From contig NC_058368.1 in NCBI RefSeq assembly GCF_018350175.1, positions 117,864,001 through 117,928,000 on the forward strand: a DNA stretch of 64,000 nucleotides, read 5' to 3'. A program made the position numbers and the translations under genes. Below the pieces are notes generated by a model. It was not told the origin of the DNA. It searched no databases and saw nothing but the letters and a program-made list of their open reading frames with translations. Shown here one piece after another: positions 1 to 11,165 of the stretch (within the stretch, counting starts at the first letter, position 1; the number at the start of each line of letters is the position of its first letter). Source of the DNA: Felis catus (taxonomy: Eukaryota).

Positions 1-34
1 CAGAACCTGATCCTGACCTGATCCTTGGAACCTT

Positions 35-189
35 AGAATATGCTTGTGGTAGGGGGGTTGGGGAGTCTTGGGACCTCTGAAGCTGCACAATTCTCCGTGT
101 TTGGGCACATGCATTTTTCTAGGGCAAGGGTCCGAGGCCTTCTTGAGCTTCCCAAGGTATCAGGATTTTTCAAAAAAGTTAATCACTGA
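35..189 (-). mobile_element. hAT-Charlie MITE fragment (Charlie4z-like)
   Basis: 'catgcatttttctagggcaagggtccgaggccttc...aaaaaagttaatcactg' resembles the recalled Charlie4z consensus; highly diverged. Confidence 0.5.
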
Positions 190-383
190 TCTAATCCCTT
201 CCTCATTTCACTGAAGAGTGCTGTAGAAAAAGTTCCAGTAGAATATGGTGGGGGGAGTAAGGTTCAGAGGGTGCAGAGGGGCTTTGCTAAAAACACTTCT
301 AGATCTCATACTTGAGTGTAAATTTTGATGATAGGTGGGGAGACACTCTTAGAAGAGTAGATGTGGTAGAAATAAAATAGGTT

Positions 384-550
384 GGGGTGCCAGGATGGCT
401 CAGTCGGTTGAGTGTCCAATTCTTGATTTTGGCTCAGGTCATGATTTCATGGTTCGTGGGTTCGAGCCCCATGTCGGGCTCTATGGAGCCTGCTTGGAAT
501 TCTCTCTCTGCACCTCCCCCCCGCCCCCCCCAATAAATAAGCTTAAAAAA
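384..550 (+). mobile_element. CanSINE (feliform SINEC)
   Basis: tRNA-derived head GGGGTGCCAGGATGGCTCAGTCGGTTGAG, B-box GTTCGAGCC, CT tract, AATAAA/A tail; TSD-like aaaataggtt / aaaatagttt. Confidence 0.92.
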
Positions 551-1254
551 ATAGTTTGTATTTCTTTGCAGACAGAAGTAATCCATTTTTATTATTCACT
601 CTTTGCTTTGAGGATGTACAGGGAGTAGTCTTAAGTATAAAGAATTATAACCGGCCCAGACTCCCTGACTTTGAATAATCCATTATAAAAGTACAGTTCC
701 TTTTATCATAATGTTCTTATCTTCTGTTTGTTTCTGAGCTGAACAGAAATGCCCTAAGCTACACCCCAGCTGTAGAGTTTCTAGACCAAAGGCTACTGTT
801 TTCTTCCTGCAGGAACCCTGGGGTGTTTGGGGGTTAAAAGGCCTGGCCCAGCCATGTGTGTTTAAAAAACAAGGCTGATTCCGCAGCCGGCGGCTCCAGC
901 CTGACTCCATCCTGCTGTTAATGGAGGACAGAGGACCACTTATAGCTTCCTCTTCACCCCATAACAAATAATACGGTGCTCCCCCAGGCCTTCCTGCGCC
1001 CCCACCCCCCCACTGCCCTCACAGTGGCGGCAGCAGCAGGCTTAGTCCCAGCCTGGTTTCTCTGCAGGTCCTGTGGTCAGCCCCCACCAAGTGTCTGAGG
1101 CCCAGCTCCTCTCCGTGAGAAGGCTCTAACAAGCCACATTAATAGAGTGGCAGGCAGATCACCTTGCCTCTGTCTTCTTGGCCACTCCAGAGCCTCCAGG
1201 GCAGGGTGGAGGCATTTGTTCTGCAAACAAAGCTTGGTCCACTTTTGAGCACAA

Positions 1255-2110
1255 TCTTCTAAGACGCCTCCTCTGGGAAGGCCTCCCTGACTGCTCTAGC
1301 CCAGTTGGTTGCATCTTTGTTACATTCATTTAACACATATTTGTCATGTGGCCTTTATCACAACCTGTGCATACATGATTAAGCATATAATATTAAATAA
1401 TAATAAGTAATTCCCATTTACTGCAAATCACTATGCATTCAGCTTGGCAGTAAGCATCTTAAATGAAATGTTTTATTGATTGAACACAAGAGTCCTGTGA
1501 AGTTGGTACCTTTGGTATCCCATTTTATAGACCTGGATATTGAGGCGTTTCTTGATTTCCTTTTCTTAGCTTTTATCACTCTCTGTGGTCACATTATGTA
1601 TTTATTAGTAACTTGTTTTATATCTGGCTCCCTTATTATACCGCAAGCTCCATGAGGGCAGGGGTTTCCCTTCTGAAGTGCTGGAGGCCTGGACTGAGCA
1701 GTACCTCGTACCCAGGAGGTACTCAGTAGATGCTTGTTTGAAGGTTGAATGAGACACAGGAGGCTGTCACTTGTCCATGGCCTCACAGCTGGTCAGCAGT
1801 GAAGCTGGAATTTGAACTTGGGTCCATGAGTGCTTCTTAAATGTGTGAGTTCTTTTCCTCAGTGAGACCCTTCAACTCCTTGGGGTAGAACCCAGTCTTC
1901 CCTGAAAAGGTACACAGGCTTTAGAGTGGAATCCACCTAGGTCCAAACACCGGTTCTGCCATTCACTTGAGTGACACTTGGAAAGCTGCCTGTCATTTCT
2001 GAACCTGTGTGTCCACATTTCTGAAATATGCCTGGGTTGTTTGGAAATTTAGAGATAATATAATACATGGGTTGCCTGGTTTATCATAGGTACCCAGTGA
2101 AATGACAGCT
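1255..2110. mobile_element. Cluster of ancient L2 and MIR fragments
   Basis: L2 3' motifs (aagctccatgagggcaggg; gtactcagtagatgcttgtttgaa) and MIR core motifs (cccattttatag, gctggaatttgaac). Confidence 0.6.
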
Positions 2111-2189
2111 AGCATGAACCTGGGCTCCTTCTAAATTCTCAGGACGTCAATGGACTGGGTTGAAAAAGCTTAAAAGTACGTTTTTCATC

Positions 2190-3330
2190 TTTTATTAGGT
2201 TATGAAATGAGTACATGAATACATGCTCATTCCAAAAAAATTAATGCAGAAATCAAAAAGTGGAAGTTTTACATCCTCCTTTGCCGTCAAACCCATGGTT
2301 CTCCCCAGAAGTAACTACTATTGATATTTTGGTGTATATGCATTTACCTAAATAATACATGTTTTATATAAAATTATACAAGGCATATTATTGTGAAATT
2401 TGCTTTTTTTTTTCCATTAAGCTTTTTTCCCCCCCATTTGGGGTTTTTTTTCTGTGTTACATTCAGAATTGTCTCAGTTTTCTTCTTGATGGCTGCACAG
2501 CATTCCTGGAGTGGCTGGACTATAACTTTTGTGACCATTCTCCTATTGATAGCCTTTGAAGTTATTTCCACTTGGTCTCTATTTCGTACAAGGTGGCAGT
2601 GAATATTATTTCTCTTATTGCTGAGGAACAAAGCCCTTAAAACTTAGTGGCTTAAAACAACAATTTATTATTTCTCATTTTTCCCTGGATCGAGTGGTTC
2701 TTCTGCCTTGTGTAGCATTGACAAAGCTAGAGGGTTTGGCAGTTGAGTGGCTGGCCTTTGGTGCTGGCTGGCTGTCACCAGGAACACATTGGCTCTCCTC
2801 TGACTCATCTTTCCACCTGGCTTGGGTTTCTCACAGCATGGGGCTAGGTTCCAGAATGTCACTTCTGCCATATTCTATTGATCAAATCCAGTCACAGGGC
2901 AAGTGCAGATTCAAGGTGGTGGGAGACCAGCTCTACCTTTTGAAGTGGGAGCAGCCTGTGTGCCTCTACAGGGAGGGTAGGAATTGCTGGAGGCCATTTT
3001 TGGAGATTGGCTACCACACGTGTGTACATGTGTGTGTGTCCTTGTTCTTCATACAGCTTTGTAAACAGGTGGAAGTGTTTTTGTAGGTTAATTCCTAGAA
3101 GGACGGTGCACATTTATGATCTGGGTGGCTACTGCAAAATTGCCTTCATTTTTCAAAGTTCCCCTCCTCAGTGGGGAACAAGAGTGATCATTTCTCCATA
3201 TACTCACTGGTGTTGGGTTATCATCAGCTATTTTCATCTTTGTTAATCTGATGAGTGAAAAATCACACCTTGTTTTTTACTGTGAGTGGTGCTGAGCATC
3301 TTTTTATTTTTTGTTCTCCTTTATACTTGA
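2190..3330 (-). mobile_element. Old L1 (L1ME-type) 3' fragment interrupted by a MaLR LTR (about 2610-3020)
   Basis: Antisense L1 3' motifs (tccccagaagtaactacta; gtggtgctgagcatctttt) on both sides of an MLT1-like segment 'aaacttagtggcttaaaacaacaatttattatttctca'. Confidence 0.55.
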
Positions 3331-3924
3331 CAGTTCAGTTTGGGACTGCGCTTACAGCACCATCAAAGAAACAGGGTGATGGTTGGGAGATCAGGAGGGG
3401 GCCAATACCGTACACGAGAACTCTGATTCAGGGCCTCATTCAGCAGCTCTGCTGCTTGCCACCTCCCTGTGAAAGGCTTTTGCAGCGCTGGTGAGCAAAT
3501 TATTAACCCTCTATGATCTTCAGGCTCATTACTTACTTAGATAGGTTTTCAGAGGGCTCTGTAATTCCCAGTAAGAGGATGTTCTGCACTTTACTGCAAT
3601 TAGAAGACCAGCTCTGAACTCTGAGCCCATTTGCTGGGCTGGAAAAGCCCATGTAGGAATGAGGAGGGAGTGGACTGTGGGTAGTGAGGTCAGGGAATAA
3701 AATCTCTGTTTAATGTCCACCTGTTAACATACTTTTCAGGCTTTTCCCTCTTGTATTCCCGCTTTCCCACAAAAGGAAGATAGGAGGATATAGGAAATGA
3801 TGGCTCTGACGGAACAGTCCAGGGTTTAATTCAAAGACACTCACTGGTCAAGGTTGGTCCCATTGTTTTTCCAGCTTTGGATCCAAGCTTCGGTCTCCTA
3901 GACTTCTCACACGAGCGTGGCACA

Positions 3925-4450
3925 TAGAACTGTTTTGGTTATAAGAGACAGAAAAGCCAAACCACGCTTCGGCTTAAGCAGGAAAATAACAGGTATTTAC
4001 TGGATCACATACTAAGATACCTAGGAGTGGAGATAGGAATTGGTTGGGTTCAGGCTCAAAGGTGACACTCTTCAATCCTAGACCTGTCTCTCAGATATCC
4101 TTCCATACCTTATGCTCTTTGTGAGGCAAGACAGTGGTGGCCTGTGGCCCCTTATCCTTTCAGGTGTAAGTCCAGCTAGACAGAATGCCTGCCTCTGGCT
4201 CTGCATTCACAGCAAAACCTCTGTGGCCCATTGGCGCTGGCTCCCTCATGGCCATTTTCCCGCCTCTGATGTAAGCCCCACGGCCCAGGGAATCTGGCAC
4301 AGTGACTGGCTCAAGCTGTGACATGGGTTCCACCTGGAGGTCAATGTTTTGGAACCTCATCTTGACCATGGGGGAGGGGAGGACCCCAAACAAGCCCTGG
4401 GAGCTGTTTCCTGAAGGCAGAGGAAAGAACATTGGGGATGTCAAGGACAG
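3925..4450 (-). mobile_element. MaLR LTR (old MLT1-type)
   Basis: 'ttttggttataagagacagaaaagccaa...ggcttaagcaggaaaataacaggtatttactgg' is typical of the antisense 3' end of MLT1. Confidence 0.45.
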
Positions 4451-4639
4451 AAGTCATTGTCCCTGGCTTCTCCATGGTGCACGTATATAACACGGTCATT
4501 CATTTAGGATATAAACTCTACAGTGTGTATGGGGGGATTTGGGAATTCCACCTATCCTCAGGAAAAAGCTAATTCACCTCTTCCCAGGACCAGCGGTAGC
4601 AAACAAAAAACTTAAGAAAGTCCAAGAACAATTACAAAT

Positions 4640-4690
4640 GATTCCAAAGCCTGGCTTTAGTCACGATTCCAAAGCCTGGCTTTAGTCACG
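4640..4690. repeat. Perfect 25-bp tandem duplication
   Basis: ATTCCAAAGCCTGGCTTTAGTCACG at 4641-4665 and 4666-4690, identical. Confidence 0.97.
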
Positions 4691-5349
4691 GGTTATATGG
4701 TCCGCTTATCTCCCTTCACGGAGTAGAGAGGAAGAAGCCAGATGTGACCCCATCTCCGGCCTTCTTGCCCTAAGGGAAGATGTCTGAGTGGTGAAAAGGC
4801 CAAGAAGGGAGGGAGAGCCGGAGCTAGTGGGGAGTGAGTGCTTCCTTGCTTCCTTTCACAATCCAGTTACAGAATTGGTCTTTGTAAAGTTGATTATCTT
4901 TATTGCAAGTTTTATCTGTGTGGGTTTCGGTGAAGGGTGCCTATTTTCTTCAACCACAAACCTAGACTTTGGAGAAGTAAAACGTCCTTCTTTGCCCGGC
5001 TTGGCGAACAACCCTGGGATGTGCTAACAGGCCCGATGAGATCATTAGCCTCCTATTAATCCTTTCATGGTTTACTGTTTTGTTTTTGTTTTTTAGAGAA
5101 CACTCAGGTAAACTATTTATTGTAGAGAAGAGGGATGCTGCTCCCTCCCCCTGCTTCTCTTGCTTCATTGCTGTTGCTTATTTAATGGGCAATAGGTGCA
5201 AATAGTGTAAAACCTGAAAGTTGCAAGATGCTGTGTGGGAAAGTCTGTCGTCTCTGGAACCTCTGCCCTGGCCTCACTCAACACCCCAGAGGCAGTCCCT
5301 GTTACCAGTTGCCACTGCATCCTTCCTGAGAGAGCCCACACACCATCTT

Positions 5350-5491
5350 TCTCTCTCTCTGTCTCTCTTTCTCTCTCTCTCTTTTTCTCTCTCTCTGTCT
5401 TAAATAGGCTCCATGTCCAATATGGGGCTTGAACTCATGTTCCTGAGATCAAGAGTCACACACTCTACCAGGTGAGCCAGCCAGGTGCCCC
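5350..5491 (-). mobile_element. Short tRNA-derived CanSINE next to a (CT)n tract
   Basis: Antisense head 'cttgaactcatgttcctgagatcaagagtc...gagccagccaggtgcccc'; CT-rich run at about 5347-5400. Confidence 0.85.
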
Positions 5492-8400
5492 TGCCGTCTC
5501 TTTTGTTTTTTAATGGAAAAATGTACCACATCCATATTACTGAATGACAATTTATTCACTGGTTTTTAAAAATAAAGGAATTAGAATGTTCCACTACAGT
5601 AACCTTAAAACCCCCAAGGGCAGGCCACACAGTGAAACAATTCTGGCCTCACCTCCTGTCAGTGAACCTGTTGACTGCTCATGAATGCTCACTGGTTCTG
5701 GTGGTTTACACACATCTACGTGTCCTCCTCCCTTGGGGCTCCCTCATTCACAGGGCCTGCGCGTTGAATTGCTTCCTAGCTCGTTTGACCAAAAATGGCT
5801 TCAAAGCATTATTTCACCATCTTCCCTTTACCTTACTGGCCATCCAGGCTGCAAATGCCCCACAGTTTCTAAAGATAGAGCCCCTCCTCAGTGTTGAAGA
5901 CTTGTCATCACTAACGCTTACACCAAAGCTGAAGACATTTCTGAAGAAGTGGCCCAAAACATCACAAACAAGGGCAAGCCTCTGCTGGGGGTGCTTTAAT
6001 GTAACCCCTACTGTATTCCAGGCCTTGTGTTGGGCCCTGAGGATAAAGATGAATAATGCACAGTTCCCTTCCTGGCATAGCTTAGTGCAGTCCCCAGGGA
6101 ATGGGTGAGGGCGCTGTTGGAACATAATTATTTAATGTGCCTTAAGTGGGTCTGAGTCCCATGGAGATGACTATCAATGACATTCATTTTAGACATACAA
6201 GTTCTGTTGTACTTGTTTTAAAAAAGAAAAATCAATCACTCAGTAGTGTCTTGCCTTAAAATGCCAGGGAGAGATGTGGAAATAATAATAGTATAATCCT
6301 GACTGACTGACGCGCAGAGATGATAACTGTGGTGCACAGGGGTCAGGCCCTGTCCCAAGTACTTCTCAGCTTTACCTCACCGATGGCTCAAAAGGGCCCT
6401 GTGAGGTAGCGCTGTCATGCTCATTTTACAGGTGAGCGTTTGGCCCCAGACAGAGGAACTTAGCAGCTTGAGGTCACAGAGTCGGGGCTCAGCGTTCATA
6501 CCTGGGTCCTCTGCCGAACCACTGCCCACCTGGCACCGTGAAGTCACTCACCCATCCTGTGGCGATTTGTTACAAAATAAAAGTATTTTTTAAAGTGAGC
6601 AGTTGACTATTTCCAGAGAAAATCTTGATTCTTCGTAGGCAGATTCCTGCTACTGACTTGATCTGGGTTAGCTTGTTGTGTTCCATCAAGAGGTAGCATC
6701 ATTAATAATACTAATACTAATACTAATACTACTAATAATAAAGCACCTCCATTAGTTGGTAGCTGGACCATAATCTGTGTTCCCACTGATCTCAGATGTG
6801 TGGAGAAAGCATAGCACCTTCAATGGAGGGTAGAACTGGTAGAAGCTCCACTCCACCCCTATGGACTGAGTGGCAGGAAAAAAGTCACTGCAGTCCAGTG
6901 CAGCTTATGACAGAATCTGATCTTTTCAGCATCTCTTGAGGTTTCATTTGGTCTCTTTTCTCTGGTTTGAGAGGGTGTTGGGGGAGGAGCGTGGGAGAAT
7001 TCACGGTCTGGAAGAAGGGTCCTTCCGTCCTTGCACGGGCCGTTGGTGTGCGAGCTGGCTGGTATCTCAGAGGAATGTTGGCCCAGCCATATCTCCAGGC
7101 CATCCTAGTGACTGCTGTGCATCTGAGTCCATTTTTACTTCAGCTCGGATGGCGTCTGGCAGGACATCCCTACTGACTTGTTTCCCCTCCGTGGATCCCC
7201 TTGTGTCTCTGCCTGCTCTTCCCTCTGGTCCCTGGGCAGGAGTTGCACCCACAGTCTGTAGCTGTTGCTGGCATCACAGATCCTTTCCTCCCGGCCATAC
7301 CGCTCGGCCTTTTGTCCTCCTCAGCTCTGTGCTGTGTTGGAGGCCACATCAGCAGTGCGGCAAGAATCTCCTCTGCTCTTGCTCTCCTCCTCCTCTGGCT
7401 TGCCCCTGCCACCTTTCTGAGGGAAAACTGGGACTTACATGCCTATATGTGTACCTCTCAGTTCTGCTCGCTGTCCTTTCCCCATACTCCTTTGGCTAAG
7501 AAGTAGTAGGCCTCTCTTCTCCACATTCCATTTGTTTTCTCAACTCCAAGCTCATAGCTACATCTTAATGGTCAGCAGCAGTCAGAGATGCCTCAGGACA
7601 CCAATAATTCTCTCCAGAAAAATGGTCCTTTCTAACTTCTTTAGTCTTTCCCTTTTATGCCCTTAAAGCGGATGTTTGCCAAGGGTTGTGAAATCATTTT
7701 TGACAACTTTTCTTTTCAAATCTCACATTGGTGGGTCAGTGCCCTACTTTGGCATTTAGGAATACTTGACATCAGTGGCTGTGTTCTCAGCCACTGGACC
7801 TGTAGAGGAAACCAAGACGGAATAGTCGTCTTTAACCTCTGGTGTCTCGAACATTCAGTATACTATAAGTTTACATATATGTACTCGATTCTGAGCATCT
7901 CAACAACCCTGTAGGTGAACAGGTAAACTGGAGCTTTGAGACCTTAAGTTATTGAGTATGTCAAAGTGAGCTGGGCTAATAAAAGAAGGTCATGGTCAAT
8001 ATTACTGACTTTGAGATAATTTTTCCCATTGTAGATTTTTTTTCTTCTACAGATTTACCACATGTTTCTTTGATGCTGTCTGGCCTGTCATGTTCAATTT
8101 TCAATTTAGACAGGTTGGCTTATGCTGATTTAAAAAAATGTTTTTTTTACAGGTTTTCAAGTATTCATGTCTTCATCTTTTTTTGAGATTCAGAGGCCAT
8201 GTTCATTAAGGGACCCATGTTTTTCAGGACCACAGTGTTCCTGGTTCATGGATAGAAGTAAATAGGTCAGTATTTTATGGTGACCCAAATTCCATCCTAT
8301 CTGGACAGGTTTGTCAGAAGTGCCATTTCCTGAAATGTGTCCTTAGAGCAGATGTTACTAAAGAAAGAACAGTGGCAGGAGGTATGTGTTCCATGGTCAA

Positions 8401-9974
8401 GTAGGTTTGGGAAGCAGTTTAAACAGAACTCACTAGACTTCTTAACTACTGGGCTTTTCACACCTTCCACAGTGCACACCATTGTATTAATCCCAGGATG
8501 GGACTTTTATAGACAGTATTGTCCAAACTTATGTGTCAGTGAGCATTTCATGGAACTGATGTTGCATGGAACCCTCTCTGCAAGGTGCTGATTTAGACTG
8601 AACCATGTAGAGGGAAACAAGGAACTCCTATTATCTTAGTGTTTCCTTGTGAGTGAAATCTGTGGTCTCTGAGTCAAAAAGGGAGCCTGCAGGGCAGACC
8701 AAGTTCTATGGTGCGCAGAGAGCCTGCCTAGCAGTGTTTTATTTTTCTGCTGCAACAAGTCCTCTCTCACAAATGAACCAGTGCAAACTTCCTTCTGCCT
8801 GTGATGGAAGTAAGTTGCTCCCGGGGAAGGTAGTTGGGTTGTGCTTGTTGGCTCAGATGTGAGAGAGGGTCTGTTCAGCCACAAGAAGTAAATATCCTTC
8901 AACACTGCCCCACCCACCCATCCCTACATCAAATATTTTCACTCTCCTCCAACCAAAGCAGTGGTCCAAAAAGAAAGGGTAGGGGAAAATGAACAGCATG
9001 ATCAAGAATTTGCATGACATTTCCTTTTTTTGCCCTAGCACCATGTTGCTTTAGACTGCAAATATGATTCCAGCCTTGTAAGATTTGAACAGCAACTGGA
9101 ATTAGTTGTAACAGGATTTCAGCTCTGTTTTGTTGTCAGGTAGCCCCTTTAGCCAGGGTCCTGGAGATGATAGAACTAACTAGAGCAGGTGGATATTAGC
9201 AAAATTAGCAAATTGGATTGACTCTCCAAGTCTGTGGGCTAACAACAATTGGGTGGCTCTGTGAACATTTCAGGGCTTCTGGAGGGAACTAGGCCTCATC
9301 TCCCAGTGACCCTGGAAGTGTAGATTGGGTTGGCTTTTTCAGAGAATAAAGACAGGCTGCATGGGGGTGGGGGTGTCAGATTGAGAGGGCTCTGAAAGAA
9401 TCTATAGACGAGAACAAAATTTCACCCACCTGGGAAAGACCTCTTGGGCTATATACCACCCTCTAACAGATTTATATGTCTGAGGTATGAAGGTAGCTCT
9501 TCAAGAAGCCGTGCTATAAAAACAAAGCCACAGAGGGTATAAATTTGCTGACTGCACAAGCTATAAATCAGTGGTGAGGGGATCCAAGGTCTTTTAAAGG
9601 CCCACTCCCTACAGAATCTGAGGACAGCCTGGCTCACAGGGCCTCTGTCAGGCTTGTCACATCCAGTGCAAAATAACCAAAGATTTTCCTCTTCACTCTC
9701 TTCCCCCACCAGCCTCTGTTCCAGTAACTAAGATACTGCTGAATGGAGCCTGTGATGGGTGGGAGTTTTTCCATTTCTGAAGGCCATCAGCACTTCTCAG
9801 AGCTCCTGCCACATGACCTGGCTGTCTTGAATCATTTTCTTATGGTTTCATATCTTAGTTCTTTTTGGAGATTGTTGGCTTGAAGATATGGGTTGTGTCT
9901 TACCTGTTTTTGTGTATTTCAAAGCAGCTACTCCGTCCTTCCCATTGGATAGATTAATAGGTGATACTTTTGGG

Positions 9975-10505
9975 GTGTGTTGGACCTACCCATTGACCCC
10001 TAGTCCCTAAGAAGTTACCCCTTCCCCATCGAGAATGGGCCCAGGAGTCATATTTGTACTCTGGAACACTGCTCCCCTGGCCATAAGAGGTAGATTGCTG
10101 ACCCACAGTGAACCACTCAGATTCTCTCCCTAAGAATTTGGGACTGGGAACCGGACACTAGGTGGTTTCCACTAGTCTTTTGAATGGGACATGTGAAAAC
10201 AGGAGCTCCGGGTCATCATCAGTGTCCTCTGCTGCATGCATGGACAACAGAGGAAGGAGGTTTGCCAAGAGAGGAGAATGGAATGGATGTGCACAGAACA
10301 GCATGGACAGTTGACCATGTGGCTAAAGAGAGAGGAAGGGTGCCTGGCCTGCTTCTGAGTGGCTCTCCAGGTCATGGTTCCTGCCACTCCTCCTGCTTTT
10401 GGGTTCTGAAAGATATAGCTGAATCCTCATCAGTTCATCCTCTTTGCGTAAGTTATTTTGAGTGAGTTTCGACTTCTTGCAACTAGAGAACCTTGATTAA
10501 GCAGT
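9975..10505 (+). mobile_element. MaLR LTR (old MLT1-type)
   Basis: 3' end 'gagtgagtttcgacttcttgcaactagagaaccttgattaa' and internal 'accactcagattctctccctaagaatttg'. Confidence 0.55.
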
Positions 10506-10571
10506 ATGAAAAATAAATGATACTTGTTTGAATTCCCAAGTATTTCATCAGCATATCTTACTGCATTTGCC

Positions 10572-10722
10572 TTTAAATCTATCTAGAATATGATCCTTTC
10601 TGACCATCCCTATTGCTATAGAATCTCCATTATCTCACTTGGATTGTGGTAACAGCCTCCTAGCTGGTCTCCCTCCTTCTACTCATGCATCCCTACAGTC
10701 TGTTCCTCACCCAGCAGCCAGA
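10572..10722 (+). mobile_element. L2 fragment
   Basis: 'tatctcacttggattgtggtaacagcctcctagctggtctccct...cacccagcagccaga' is the classic L2 ORF2-end motif. Confidence 0.8.
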
Positions 10723-10734
10723 TGGGCAGAGTCC

Positions 10735-10842
10735 CTTCTCCTTCCCTTCCCTTCCCTTCCCTCACCCCCCCCCCCTCGCCTCTCCTCCCCTCGCCTCTCC
10801 TCCCCTCGCCTCCCCTCCCTCCTTTTGTTTTCCCATCCCTTC
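10735..10842. repeat. Polypyrimidine low-complexity tract with a short 15-bp tandem (CCCTCGCCTCTCCTC)
   Basis: Directly visible. Confidence 0.9.
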
Positions 10843-11165
10843 CTGAACAGATTGGTCCTAAAGCCATTAGGTGGGACAAAGAAAAGTAGACACTTGGGAG
10901 AGATCTGCTGTGGTATACAGGAAAGTTGGAGTTTGAATGGGGGTAAGGAGTGTGTCTATGTAGAAAGACTGGCGTGGGGGAGTCGAAACCCAAAGGGATG
11001 AGACGTCATCCAAGGAGGAGGATATCAGAGCCTTGGAAGGCTAAAGAAGGTTTCCAAATGGTACAGGAATCACCCAGATGTGAGAAGATGGGAAGACAGA
11101 ACTTGGGGGAGAGGGAAGGATGCCATGGGGCGGAGAGGCCTATAGGGGATATTAGAGTCCAAATA

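Noticed and set aside
5932..5947. 16-bp exact match to 26225-26240 (AAGACATTTCTGAAGA)
   Set aside because: About one match of this length is expected by chance in 64 kb; no extended homology.
6936..7506. Overlapping ORFs up to 187 aa
   Set aside because: No protein family signal; several frames open on both strands, as expected for stop-poor composition.
9008..9024. Octamer ATTTGCAT followed by GACATTTCC
   Set aside because: The adjacent half site does not match the SOX part of the OCT-SOX composite; a single 8-mer is expected by chance.
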